64,000 bases of DNA from Candidatus Falkowbacteria bacterium (GTDB lineage Bacteria; Patescibacteriota; Patescibacteriia; Patescibacteriales; GWE2-39-37): positions 127,904 through 191,903 of the forward strand of contig JAAXUA010000002.1 of assembly GCA_013336275.1 (NCBI GenBank), given 5' to 3'. How positions within the stretch are numbered: position 1 is the first letter of the stretch; each line of letters begins with the position of its first letter. Positions 45,103 through 55,700 of this stretch are shown here, piece after piece. The notes below the pieces were generated by a model. The model was not told where the DNA came from and did no database searches. It saw nothing but the letters and a program-made list of their open reading frames with translations. The position numbers and the translations under genes were made by a program.

Positions 45103-46776
45103 ATGAAAAGGTATTTGAGCAATTTATTGGTCTTGCTTCTGCTGCTCAATTTTGCCGCTTTGCCAGCCAGCGTTTTTGCCGCTCCACGTTTCGATCACAG
45201 CCGATTTACCGTTTCCCGGGGGTGGACCAACGGCAGTGACGAACACTGGCACATCATCCCGACTGGCGAAAGGACCGAATTCGTCCTCGGAGATAAGGTC
45301 CAGTTCTTCGCCCAGGTCGGTCCCATAAACTACCAGCATCAGTGGCGCTTGGTCCTTTACCGGAACAATAGCCAATACCGGATCGAAACTAACCCTCGTT
45401 TTTATCCGGATTATTATTATGGCTGGAATTATTCGAACTTCGTGCCCTATATGACCGACTTGCCGGTCGGCGAATACCGGGCGCACTATCAGCTGGATTC
45501 AGGGGCGGGGTTCGAAAGCTTGGCTAACGTCAACTTCAGGGTCGTTTCAAGGAGTACCGTTCCTGACAGATATCCGGATAACAGGTACACGATGATCAGA
45601 GCAGTAGTTGCCTCCGGCTGGCAGAACGGGAGCAGCGACCATTGGAATATACAGCCGACCGGGCAAAAAACGTCCTTCAGGCAGGGTGAAACCGTGTATC
45701 TCGTGTCCCAGCTGAAGGATGTCAAAGCCGACCATCGTTACAGGATCGAGCTTTACCGGACTGACGGTCCGAGAAACAGGGTTTTTGAAAACATTACGCC
45801 CTGGAATCGCGTGGGCCGCGGATGGACTTACAGCAATTACCAGCCATATTACAGCAATGCCGAAGTCGGCAATTACGAATTCAGGCTATCGATCGATACG
45901 GGCAGCGGTTGGCGCAGCATGGCAGTCAGGCCGTTCAAAGTGACTAACCAGCGCGATAATAGCACCCGACAGCCTTATTACTACGATCGCACCACCGTCT
46001 CTCGCGGCTGGCAGAATGGTTCTGGCTCGGAGTATTGGAATATACGGCCGGTCGACCCACGCTCCAGTTTCAATTATGGAGACGATATCTTTGCCGTCTC
46101 GACCGTACGGAACATCGTTGATGACTACCAGTGGAAGGCCGAGCTGTATCGCAACGGCCAGCTGGTTTGGCAGGATTCCACTCCTTGGCGCGACGTCGGC
46201 ATGGGGCACGCTTTCGGCAGTTATTATCCGAGATACGACAACGCCATGCCAGGAAATTATGAATGGCGCATCTATCTGAACACCGGCTCGGGCTTCAAGC
46301 TTCTTGATACCAAGAATTTCACTGTCTCCGACAACTGGCGCGGACCCGATTGCAACAGCAGCAATAATTATTGCAACTACGATTGCCGCTACTACAATAG
46401 CTGCAATAGCGCCAAATGGAGCTATAACGGGGCCACGGTCGCCGAGAATTGGACCACCTATGGCGGCGACCAGCGCAACTTGCAAGCGGTCAATCCGCGC
46501 AATAGCTTCAACCGAGGCGCCACGGTCTATATCGTGGCCCAAGCCAGGGATGTCAAAGTCGACCATCGCTGGGCCATCGAGACCTATCGCAATAACTCCT
46601 TGCTGTGGACTTTCACCACTCCTTGGAATAGGCTGCGCAACACCACCTGGCCTTACAGCAGTGTCGTGACCAGCAGCTACAACTCGGACTACGGCAGCTA
46701 CGAATTCAGGGTCTTCTTCGATGAAGGGTCTGGCTTCCGGCAAGTCGATAGCAAGTATTTCTATGTCAATTATTAA
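45103..46776 (+). CDS. Secreted protein made of four tandem repeats of about 125 aa, Trp/Tyr/Asn-rich
   Basis: The signal peptide is MKRYLSNLLVLLLLLNFAALPASVFAAP. Each repeat has S[RS]GW[TQ]NGS..[EH][WY]....P.....SF and W......GW.YSNY.PY motifs; there are four copies. Confidence 0.6.
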   Translation: MKRYLSNLLVLLLLLNFAALPASVFAAPRFDHSRFTVSRGWTNGSDEHWHIIPTGERTEFVLGDKVQFFAQVGPINYQHQWRLVLYRNNSQYRIETNPRFYPDYYYGWNYSNFVPYMTDLPVGEYRAHYQLDSGAGFESLANVNFRVVSRSTVPDRYPDNRYTMIRAVVASGWQNGSSDHWNIQPTGQKTSFRQGETVYLVSQLKDVKADHRYRIELYRTDGPRNRVFENITPWNRVGRGWTYSNYQPYYSNAEVGNYEFRLSIDTGSGWRSMAVRPFKVTNQRDNSTRQPYYYDRTTVSRGWQNGSGSEYWNIRPVDPRSSFNYGDDIFAVSTVRNIVDDYQWKAELYRNGQLVWQDSTPWRDVGMGHAFGSYYPRYDNAMPGNYEWRIYLNTGSGFKLLDTKNFTVSDNWRGPDCNSSNNYCNYDCRYYNSCNSAKWSYNGATVAENWTTYGGDQRNLQAVNPRNSFNRGATVYIVAQARDVKVDHRWAIETYRNNSLLWTFTTPWNRLRNTTWPYSSVVTSSYNSDYGSYEFRVFFDEGSGFRQVDSKYFYVNY

Positions 46777-46860
46777 ATCATTGGAAGGGCCCCTCAGAAG
46801 GGGCTCTTTTTTTGCGTCAGCCATTTTTTTGTTATAGCTGTTTGTGGTATAATAATAGCT

Positions 46861-49275
46861 GTGAACAACAAAACGCCAAAATCATCAAAGGCCAAAAAGA
46901 CGCTAAAGTCTCATGGACCTGAACGCCATTCGTGGCTGAAGAAATTCAGTATCGCTGGCGAAGATTTTACTATAAATTTCAGCTTTAAGCAGAAGCCGCC
47001 CAAGGAGGCCAATAAGAGCTACCTCTTCAAGCATCGCAAGGAAATCAAAGGCGGCCTGGCATATGGAGGACAAGCTTTTGCGGCGGTAGTCCTGTTGACC
47101 GTAATAGTCAGCATGCTGTCATGGTCGGCCCTGATTTGGAACAAATCGGTGCAAGATCGATACCGGCCGATACAGCTTTTGCGGTCGACTTTGGGCAACT
47201 TCGGCCAGCTGGCCATGGATACCATCTCCGGTCAGAACGACGCTAGCGCCTCATCGACCTCGCCTTCGATTTTTTCCTTGATTGCCGAGGGGGTGAAGAA
47301 GGAGATCGGCAGTCTGGCTTCGGGGGTGAAGAAACAGATTACCAAGATAAGCCCTCCTAAAAACGAAACCAAAGTCCCCGTAAGTCCGCCGCCGGCTGCT
47401 CCAGTCGCCTCGAGCGCGCCGATTGCGGTCGCGCCTGTAAAAATCGAGCCGCCAACACCGGTAAAGAAAGCGGTGCCGACCACGACACCGGTGGTCAAGA
47501 AACCTGAACCGGTGAAGACGGTGGTGCCGACCACGACACCGGTGGTCAAGGCAACGACTACGCCGGCCACCACCACGACACCGGTGGTCAAGGCGCCGGA
47601 ACCGGAACAGCAGCAGACGGTCGTGAAATATGTCATCAACGAAGCGCCGGTTTACCCGGAAACCTCTATAACGGCCTCGCCTGCATCATTAACTAGCTCA
47701 ACCGCAGCCACCTTCGCCTACTCATCCAATAAATCAGTCGTGGTTTATGAGTACAAGCTGGATAACGGAACGTGGATTTCTGCCGGCAATACGGTTTCGC
47801 TCTCGGGGTTATCGGAGGGGAATCATGTCTTTATGGCCAGAAGCACGGATTCAGTCGGCCCTGACCCGACGCCGGTCCAATACGATTGGCGGATCGACCT
47901 GACGCCGCCAGCCATCGTTTTCGTTTCCGCTCCCGCCAGCTCCACCAACCAGACAACAGCCGCTTTCGAATTCGGGGCCAACGAATTGGCGACTTATCAC
48001 TATAAGCTTGATTCGGAGGCCTGGCAGCAATCCGTCGGTGCGACGACAAGCTTCAGCGGCTTATCTGAGGGCTTTCACGAGTTATCAGCATACGGTGTCG
48101 ATACGCTCGGTTTCCAGGGGGCGACAATTGAAGCGAATTGGCTTGTCGACCTCTTGCCGCCTACGGCCTATCTCAACGAGGTGCCGCAAACGACGAGCCT
48201 GGAAGATTATTCGGTCAACGGTTTGAATGTCAGCTTCGGCGGTTCGGACCAGAACATGCCTAATGGCAGCGGCATTTTCAGCTACGATGTGGAGTACGCA
48301 ATCGACGGAGGGGCCTGGCAGCAGTGGAATCAAGCCTTGGAGCAGGATTACGCAGTTTTCGGCCAGCAGATGTCCGAGAATCAGGTCGTTAACTTCCGAG
48401 TTCGAGCTCACGACGGTGCAGGCAATCTCGGCGACTGGGGCGACACCAGCCAGACCAGGTTCGCCAGCACCAGGCCAAGCAACCTGGTCTTGAGCGAGGT
48501 GCAGATCACCGGAGACAGCGCGACAGACGAGTTCATCGAGCTATACAACCCGACAGACGATGCCATTACTTTGGATACGTCGGTATTCGTCCTTTCTTTC
48601 AAAAATTCTGCGGGCAACGAAACCATCCTGGTCGATGACTTCATGAACATGCAGATCGATGCCCACGGCTATGTCTTGGTGGCATCCGCCGATTACAGCG
48701 GCGGGGCGACGCCAGACATCAGCTATCCGCCAACAAGCGAAGTTCCTGCCAACGCCACTGTTATCATCAGCCAATCAGGCCAAGCCATCGACAGGCTGGG
48801 TTTCGGTACGGCCCAGGAATTCGAACTAGAACCATTCGCCGACAACCCCGGACCATACGAAAGCTTGGAGCGCAAAGCTGCTGGAACCTCTACTGCCGGC
48901 ACTATGGTCAATGGCGCAACGCACCATCTTTCCGGCAACGGCTACGACAGCAATAGCAACGCTGAAGATTTCGTCTTGAAAATACAATCAGAGCCGCAGA
49001 ACGTCGATAGCGGCACCGAGCTGGCTTATGGGTCTGGTATCGATTTCAGATTCGCCATGTCGGGCGCAGCCTCGTTCTTTGGCGGCGTTTGGTTCAGCCT
49101 GGCGAAGAGCTGGATCAATCCAGCCCGTCTCGAATCGCTCAACGGATTTATCGATAACGCGATCAATGACCTGGTTTCGGAAGTCGTCGCGGCCCAGCTC
49201 GTGTTCGATAGTTTTGATTACCAATGGCAAGATTTTTCTACACGCCTGGTTAGAGGAATAATCAATAAAACCTAA
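46861..49275 (+). CDS. Membrane-anchored surface protein with PT-rich linker, Ig/FN3-like repeats and a lamin-tail domain (LTD)
   Basis: The N-terminal TM is AFAAVVLLTVIVSMLSW. The PT linker is PTTTPVVK repeated. The LTD is SNLVLSEVQITGDSATDEFIELYNPTDDAITLDTSVFVLSF. Confidence 0.7.
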   Translation: MNNKTPKSSKAKKTLKSHGPERHSWLKKFSIAGEDFTINFSFKQKPPKEANKSYLFKHRKEIKGGLAYGGQAFAAVVLLTVIVSMLSWSALIWNKSVQDRYRPIQLLRSTLGNFGQLAMDTISGQNDASASSTSPSIFSLIAEGVKKEIGSLASGVKKQITKISPPKNETKVPVSPPPAAPVASSAPIAVAPVKIEPPTPVKKAVPTTTPVVKKPEPVKTVVPTTTPVVKATTTPATTTTPVVKAPEPEQQQTVVKYVINEAPVYPETSITASPASLTSSTAATFAYSSNKSVVVYEYKLDNGTWISAGNTVSLSGLSEGNHVFMARSTDSVGPDPTPVQYDWRIDLTPPAIVFVSAPASSTNQTTAAFEFGANELATYHYKLDSEAWQQSVGATTSFSGLSEGFHELSAYGVDTLGFQGATIEANWLVDLLPPTAYLNEVPQTTSLEDYSVNGLNVSFGGSDQNMPNGSGIFSYDVEYAIDGGAWQQWNQALEQDYAVFGQQMSENQVVNFRVRAHDGAGNLGDWGDTSQTRFASTRPSNLVLSEVQITGDSATDEFIELYNPTDDAITLDTSVFVLSFKNSAGNETILVDDFMNMQIDAHGYVLVASADYSGGATPDISYPPTSEVPANATVIISQSGQAIDRLGFGTAQEFELEPFADNPGPYESLERKAAGTSTAGTMVNGATHHLSGNGYDSNSNAEDFVLKIQSEPQNVDSGTELAYGSGIDFRFAMSGAASFFGGVWFSLAKSWINPARLESLNGFIDNAINDLVSEVVAAQLVFDSFDYQWQDFSTRLVRGIINKT

Positions 49276-49278
49276 AAT

Positions 49279-49713
49279 ATGCACCACTTGGATGATGAGA
49301 TAATGTATTATATGGCTAAGTGCCACGAAGAGCTTGACCGATTGATCGGACAGGTCGGCGAGGCTGATGGCGACGAGATGCGTCTCGAATTGTTCGGCCG
49401 GTTCAAGGCGAAACTGGAGCAGCACATGCTGACCGAGGAGAGATCGATATTCAGCCTAGATGACCTAGCCGAGGGCTCGATGGTCGATGCGACGAGGCGT
49501 CTATACAAGGATCACATAAAGATAAAGGCGCAGGTGGCGGAAATCGAGGCTTCCATCAGGAGCGGGGGTTCGGTCAAGCTCACAGATTTCATCCAGACCA
49601 TTTTCGGCCACCATAAGCTCGAAGACGAGACCCTTTATCCATATCTTGACCATCACTTGGCACCAGAGCGCAAACGGGAGTTGCTGGCGGAAGTGAGGAC
49701 TAATTTGGATTAG
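49279..49713 (+). CDS. Hemerythrin-like (HHE cation-binding) domain protein
   Basis: His and Glu residues in helices (H..E...LEQH......DH.....IFGHHKLEDE..YPYLDHH) follow the hemerythrin-like pattern. Confidence 0.55.
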   Translation: MHHLDDEIMYYMAKCHEELDRLIGQVGEADGDEMRLELFGRFKAKLEQHMLTEERSIFSLDDLAEGSMVDATRRLYKDHIKIKAQVAEIEASIRSGGSVKLTDFIQTIFGHHKLEDETLYPYLDHHLAPERKRELLAEVRTNLD

Positions 49714-49718
49714 ATAAT

Positions 49719-50333
49719 ATGAAGCTGCTCGCCAGAAAAAAAGTCATTGCCGCTCTCGTGCCGCTGGCCGCACTGGGAATGATGATACCGCGAACAGTCT
49801 CTCCGGCACTGGCCGAGGAGCTGCTTTCCGATCAGACCTTTGTCTTGAATGAGCCGATTATGGCGGGTACGCAAGAAATCGCACCTCTTGGGCCGGCGGG
49901 CGATGATTACGATTACACAAGGAGCGCTTCGCTCAGCATCGAAGCCGACTTGCCGGCAGCCGTTACGCTTGGTCAGACCATCAGCGTCAGGCTGATGGTC
50001 AATCCCGGAGAGTCGGCCATAAACGTGGCCAAGGCGAGCCTTGCCTACACGGCCGAGACGCTTACGCTTGTCGCTATTGACGGTGAAGACGCGCCCTTCT
50101 CGATCATTTTCGATAATCAGACCGGCATCGGCGAGCTGGCAGTAACCGGCATGCAGCCGGCACCGGGCATCAGCGCCAAGGCGCAAGTGGCGGAACTGTA
50201 TTTCATCGCAGCGGCTCCTGGTGAGGCGAGGATCGATTTTCTGCCCGGTTCGATGGTTTTGGCTAATGACGGTTACGGTTCAGACGTTCTGGCATCAGCC
50301 CAGGGCACGGCTTTCGCAATTAGCAGTTATTAA
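49719..50333 (+). CDS. Hypothetical secreted protein
   Basis: A signal peptide (MKLLARKKVIAALVPLAALGMMIP) is present, and the body is beta-rich. Confidence 0.5.
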   Translation: MKLLARKKVIAALVPLAALGMMIPRTVSPALAEELLSDQTFVLNEPIMAGTQEIAPLGPAGDDYDYTRSASLSIEADLPAAVTLGQTISVRLMVNPGESAINVAKASLAYTAETLTLVAIDGEDAPFSIIFDNQTGIGELAVTGMQPAPGISAKAQVAELYFIAAAPGEARIDFLPGSMVLANDGYGSDVLASAQGTAFAISSY

Positions 50334-50339
50334 AGGTAG

Positions 50340-50672
50340 GGCAGGGATGTTTCGCCAAGGGGCGTTTTTTTTGTTTTTTCATGGCTGCTCTTTAGGATTT
50401 TTTCTGAAAGCTGTTCATCATCACTCCTGACGGAGCTGATGATGAACCGACGGCTCACCTGCCGTCGTCCTTGCGGAGCCTTTATTGATTATACTGTTCC
50501 TCTTGCTCCTTACGGAGACTACGAGGAACTGGTATAAAGCTGTTCTCTTCGGTCCTTGCGGACCCTTCAGAGAACTGGCAGCTCACTCGCTGCCAACTCG
50601 CTGCCAACTCGCAGCCATGGACAAAATAGTTGAAATCTGTTATTCTTTGGTGGTACTAAAATAATATTTCAT
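50340..50672 (+). promoter_or_regulatory. Highly structured 5' leader with repeated stem-loops and mutually exclusive pairings upstream of the ABC-F gene; candidate attenuator
   Basis: Long hairpin gttcatcatcactcc/ggagctgatgatgaac. The competing stems cgacgg/ccgtcg and ggctc/gagcc overlap. The motif tccttgcgga is repeated, aaagctgttc occurs twice, and ctcgctgccaa is a tandem repeat. Confidence 0.4.
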
Positions 50673-52124
50673 ATGGCAGAAGAAGTAATCTTGAGGTTTG
50701 ACGAAGTCAGCTTCGAATATATCCACAAAAAACCGACTTTAGACGAGGCCAGCTTCAGCGTGCGCCGCGGCTCTAAAATTACCCTGATGGGCCAAAATGG
50801 CGCCGGTAAAAGCACCTTGTTCGGCCTGATCAAGGGCGAGCTCAAGCCTAAGAGCGGTAAGATTTCCATGCCCTCGGGCAGTACTATCGGCACCGCCAAG
50901 CAGACCGTTTCCAGGGAAGACTTGGAGTTGACGGTCGAGGCTTATTTCGCCAAGGCTTTCGAGGTCGTGCCAGCTAATCTGGCTAGCCGCATCAGCAAGG
51001 TGCTGGAGGCAGTCAATCTGGTCATCCCGACGGAGCGCAAAGTCGGCGAGATGTCCGGCGGCCAGCAGGCCCGCCTGCTCTTGGCGATCGCCTTGATCCA
51101 GAATCCGGACATCCTGCTCTTGGATGAGCCGACCAACAATCTGGACAAAGAGGGGATTGACCATCTGGTCACCTTTCTGGTCATGTATGAGAAAACAGTC
51201 ATAGTAATTTCCCATGACGCCGATTTTTTGAATTGCTTCACCGAAGGCGTCATCTATCTGGATATCCACACTCACAAGATCGAGACTTATGTCGGCGACT
51301 ATTTTACGGTGGTCGAAGAGATCGCTAAGCGGGTCGAGCGTGAAAAGATGAAAAATGCTCAGCTCGAGAAGCAGATCAAGGACCGCAAGGAAAAAGTCAA
51401 CTTTTTCGCCAACAAAGGCGGCAAGATGCGCAAATTAGCTTCGAAGCTTAAAGAGGAGACAGCCGAACTGGAAGATAACATGGTCGATGTCCGCAAGGAA
51501 GACCGCACGATCCGCAAGTTTAGTATCCCCGTCCAGGATGTCAGCGGCGAGATCGTCAAGATCGAGTCAGTCAAAGTCATCCGCAACCACGAGCCGATCA
51601 TCAAGGAAGTGAACATAATTCTGCGCAAGCGCAGCCGGTTGCTGGTCTCTGGGCCGAACGGTGTGGGTAAGAGCACCTTTTTGCGCACATTGGTTTCGCG
51701 CAATCACGAGGGAGCTAAAATAATGGAGGGCATCCGAGTCGGCTATTATAGCCAGGATTTCGCCACGCTGGATTTCAATGATACAGTTTTCGAGTCGTTG
51801 CAACGAGCAGCCGCAGACGGCATCGACGATCAGGAGATGCGCAATGTGGCCGGAGGCTTCATGGTGGCCGGTGATCTTTTGGGCCAGCAGGTCGGTGCTT
51901 TATCGGAGGGGCAGAAAGGCTTGCTGTCTTTCGCCCGGCTGGTATTGATGCAGCCAGCAATCATCATCCTGGATGAGCCGACAAATCATATCAACTTCCG
52001 TCATATTCCGGTTATCGCCAAGGCCATTGACGACTTCGAGGGAGCGATCATCATGATCAGCCATATGCCCGAGTTCGTGAAGGAGATAGAATTTACTGAA
52101 TTTTTGGATTTAGGCAAGGTATAG
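50673..52124 (+). CDS. ABC-F family ATPase (two tandem ABC domains, no TM domain)
   Basis: There are two Walker A motifs (GQNGAGKST, GPNGVGKST), two signature motifs (LSGGQQ, LSEGQK), and the Walker B LLLDEPTN occurs twice. The protein is 483 aa with an inter-domain linker. Confidence 0.9.
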   Translation: MAEEVILRFDEVSFEYIHKKPTLDEASFSVRRGSKITLMGQNGAGKSTLFGLIKGELKPKSGKISMPSGSTIGTAKQTVSREDLELTVEAYFAKAFEVVPANLASRISKVLEAVNLVIPTERKVGEMSGGQQARLLLAIALIQNPDILLLDEPTNNLDKEGIDHLVTFLVMYEKTVIVISHDADFLNCFTEGVIYLDIHTHKIETYVGDYFTVVEEIAKRVEREKMKNAQLEKQIKDRKEKVNFFANKGGKMRKLASKLKEETAELEDNMVDVRKEDRTIRKFSIPVQDVSGEIVKIESVKVIRNHEPIIKEVNIILRKRSRLLVSGPNGVGKSTFLRTLVSRNHEGAKIMEGIRVGYYSQDFATLDFNDTVFESLQRAAADGIDDQEMRNVAGGFMVAGDLLGQQVGALSEGQKGLLSFARLVLMQPAIIILDEPTNHINFRHIPVIAKAIDDFEGAIIMISHMPEFVKEIEFTEFLDLGKV

Positions 52125-52144
52125 TCAAATATTCTGCGATAGCT

Positions 52145-52173
52145 ACGCCCCGGTTTCTGCCGGGGCGTTTTTT
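52145..52173 (+). terminator. Rho-independent terminator after the ABC-F gene
   Basis: The hairpin acgccccgg-tttctg-ccggggcgt is followed by TTTTTG. Confidence 0.7.
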
Positions 52174-52269
52174 GTATAAAGGCTTGTTTTACCCAGTGTA
52201 TTTGATTAATTTTATTTCCGGCTCATCCTCTTGCACCTGTTCTGACCATTATGGTATAATAATTACATA

Positions 52270-52317
52270 ATCTCGATGGTCGAGAAAATCGGTTTTAAAA
52301 ATCTCGATGGTCGAGAT
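52270..52317 (+). promoter_or_regulatory. Two copies of a perfect 15-bp palindrome TCTCGAtggTCGAGA, centre-to-centre 31 bp apart; a candidate operator pair
   Basis: tctcgatggtcgaga occurs at 52271-52285 and at 52302-52316, in the AT-rich region immediately upstream of the HTH gene at 52341. Confidence 0.6.
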
Positions 52318-52340
52318 TTATATAAAATTAGCAAAATAGT

Positions 52341-52760
52341 ATGCCAGGTCAGGAAAACTTCATCAGCTTGAAGGAAGCGTCGAAAATTTCCGGTTATAGC
52401 CCGGACTATATCGGCCAGCTGATTCGCTCCGGCAAGATATCCGGCAAGCAGGTTTACACCAATGTCTCGTGGATGACCACCCCCGAGGCGGTTCTGGCCT
52501 ATAAGCAGGGCAAGGAGTCTCAGAAAAGCGATAAGGTTAGCCTAAAGGAGTATCTTGTGACCAGACAGAGAAAAGCGAGGATGGAACTAGATATCTTGCT
52601 GCTTTTTTTCAAGACTTTCAAATCAGTTTTGCCGATATTGGCTATTTTAATCTGCAGTTTTTTCTTTTTGATACTGACAATGATGAATTATCTTTCCGAT
52701 AAGCGCGTGTTGGGCAATGACCCGGCCTTTAATTCAAATATTAGCGAATTCTCATTTTGA
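52341..52760 (+). CDS. Membrane-anchored helix-turn-helix protein (N-terminal HTH, C-terminal TM helix)
   Basis: ISLKEASKISGYSPDYIGQLIRSGKISG is an excisionase/MerR-like HTH. The C-terminal hydrophobic segment is VLPILAILICSFFFLILTMM. Confidence 0.55.
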   Translation: MPGQENFISLKEASKISGYSPDYIGQLIRSGKISGKQVYTNVSWMTTPEAVLAYKQGKESQKSDKVSLKEYLVTRQRKARMELDILLLFFKTFKSVLPILAILICSFFFLILTMMNYLSDKRVLGNDPAFNSNISEFSF

Positions 52761-52782
52761 TCTGACCCCTTAACCTTTCCCC

Positions 52783-55700
52783 ATGCTCAAGAAGGTTAAA
52801 ACAATCATCAGCAAAACAAAGCGTCTTTTTGCTCAAAATAAGCAAGAGCTTCGCCGTTCCCGGCCCGCTGTCCGCCTAATGCAGGACATCGTGCCGCCTA
52901 GCGTCTTGCGGATTTCCAATGAGGTCTTGGGCATTAAAGAATATAGTTCTGACAATCTGAAAATTTTCGGCAGAGCCTGGCGCGGAGCGATCGGGCTTTT
53001 CTTTTTGTTTTGGACCATCACCGGAGTCGGTCCGATCGAGCTTTTGCGTAATTCGGTAGCGGCTTTGGCAGGAGAGGACATCAAGGCCGTCAATCTTTAT
53101 GCAGGCAATTGTTCAGGCGGAATTGCTGCCTCGAGCAGTTGGCAGGGTGTGGGTAACGCAAGCGGCGCCCCCAGTCTTGAAGAAGGCGCATCGAGCACGG
53201 ATTTCAATGCCGCTAATTCAGCGGCTTATCGGGGCGGACGAGATTCTCTTGTTTGCGCCGGATTTACCACGGAACAGCCGGAAATCATGAAAGTCGATCT
53301 CGAAGAGCCAGACCAGGACGCAGAAGCCTTAGATGCCAAACAGCCCGAGGCTGTGGCAGAAAATGATGGACAAGATATTCCGGCAGACAGCCCGGTTGCC
53401 GCAGCCGAGGAGGCGCCGGCTCCAGCTGCTGAAAAAGAGGATAAGGTTGAAGTAATAATCGAAGAGCCGGTCGTCACGTCTGATGAGCCCTCTGCTGCTG
53501 AGCAGGCTACCGAACAGCCAACCGAGATTTCGCCAGAACCGGTGCTGGAGACTGATATCCCAGCTGAGCAGGCGGAACCCAGCCAGCTGCAAGAGGCGGC
53601 CGAGGCCATCGTTGAAACGGTTGCTGAAATCAAAGAAGCGGTCGATTACCTTGTCGACCAGGTCGTCCTGATGGCCGGAGCGAAAGAGGACAAGGCCGAA
53701 CTCAAGGACCTGGGCAGGCTGAAAGGCGCAAAAATTAATCTGTCTTTGGCCCAAAGCTTTGCCGGCCAAGCCGAGCTGGGTAGTGATAATTCGGGTGAGA
53801 CGGCTTCGGCTAGCACTACGGCAAGCCGGGGCGTGAAGGTTCTGTATTCCACTGACATGCCGGGAGCAGACTCACCAGACAGCAAGCAATGGCATGAGTT
53901 GGCTGACTTGCCAGAGATCGATCTGTCAGCTTGCGCTGAGGCCACTTCGAGCGACTGTTACATAGCGGCTTTGGCGGGCTATGCCCAGGCTGGCCGTCTT
54001 TCCTTTGACGCACCTGAGCTCAAGTCGTGGCAGGATGTCGAGGGGCTGCAGGTCAAGATCGAGGGTCAGTCGGAAAACGGAGACTACGGCCTTGATCTCG
54101 ATAGCGTCTGGGTGACTGCCGAGTACGATGGCAATAAGGAAGAAATAGATCTGGATGACGGCTACGAGACGGCTGATAAGATATTTGTTGATGGCAAAGA
54201 AATCGTTTTTGAATTCACCGATGACAATAGCGATGAGAACCTGATTATCAAATCAAATAGCAAAGATTATTTCGGCGTCACGGATGCCATAGTCTATTTC
54301 AGTGTTACCAATGCCTCGACCGAGCGCGAGCTGGTGAATCTGCAGGTCCACTTTCCGGAAGACAAAGGCAGCGTCGCCAAGCTGGAACAGCTGAACAGGA
54401 ATATTTGGACCGAGGCCGAACTGGAAGGCGGAGAACTGCCGCCGCCGAACGTTTTCAAGCAAGTCTTCGGCCAGGAAATCAAGCGCAAACATGTACCCGA
54501 GACGATGCGGGCCAAGAACAGTACCAAAGGCAGCGGGCAAGCCCTTGCCCCGGGCAAGACGCGCTATTACAAGATGCGCATCGCTTATCCGGCGAGCACC
54601 AGAGGCGAATTCTTTATCGAGGCCATGGGCGATGGCCAGGGGTATGGTCTCTTGGATCCGTGGTGGAACGGCTCATGGCCCTATAAGTTGCCGATAACCA
54701 TTAACAACACCGCCAACTCTTCGGCGCTGACTGATTATCAAGTGCTGGTCGAAATAGCCTCGACTACTGCCGGGTTCTGGGACAACGTCAATGCCGACGG
54801 TTCGGATATCCGTTTCGTCAACAGCGCCCAGGATACGCAGCTGGATTTCTGGGTGCAGTATTTCAACAAGACCAGTTCAAGCACGCAGATCTGGGTCCAG
54901 GTCGACTCGATACCGGCTGCCTCATCCAGCCAGATCTATCTCTATTACGGCAACGCCGCCGCCGCCTCGACCAGCGACATGTATTCGACTTTCAGCTATG
55001 CCACGATGCAGGATCTCTACTATGTGGTCAGGAACGGAACCGTCTCGACGACAACGGTGACGGTGGTCAGCTTGATCGACAATAACCAAGTCCAACTCAA
55101 CAACGGCACGACCTATAATCTGAATCGCCAGCAGATAGCTACCATTACGCCGTTGACGGCCACCTCCACCTTGCGAGCGAAGGGGCCGGTCCAGGCCAGC
55201 ATAACGGGCGTCGCGGCAGGCGCAACCATGGTGCCGATCTCTTATGCCGGCACGCAGTTCGTCATGCCTTTCAGCTCCGGCACCACCGAGACCTGGTCCC
55301 GCTACGCTCCGTTCCTCCGAGCGACCACCACGATCTATAACGGCAACACTCTGGGTAATACCACGGCTATCAATCCCGGCTTCGCCGCCTCGACCGCTTA
55401 CAACATCACTACTGCCGGGCGCCTGCTATCGACCAATCCGATCTTGGCATCGTATTACGCCACGACCGCTGCTTACTCCGGCGCGATCTATCCGGCGACC
55501 ACGCGCGACCTTTACGGTATCCGTTCGGGCACCAACCCGATCGGCTTCACCGCCACTACGACGTTTGCCATCTATTGTTCCAGCGGCGCCAGTGCCACCA
55601 ATCAGGTCGGTAGCACGACTGCCGCCTATTTGAATACGACTTGCGCTACCGTGACCGAGGGCGGCGGCAATGCCGTCCGTCTGACCAATCAGACCTATCC

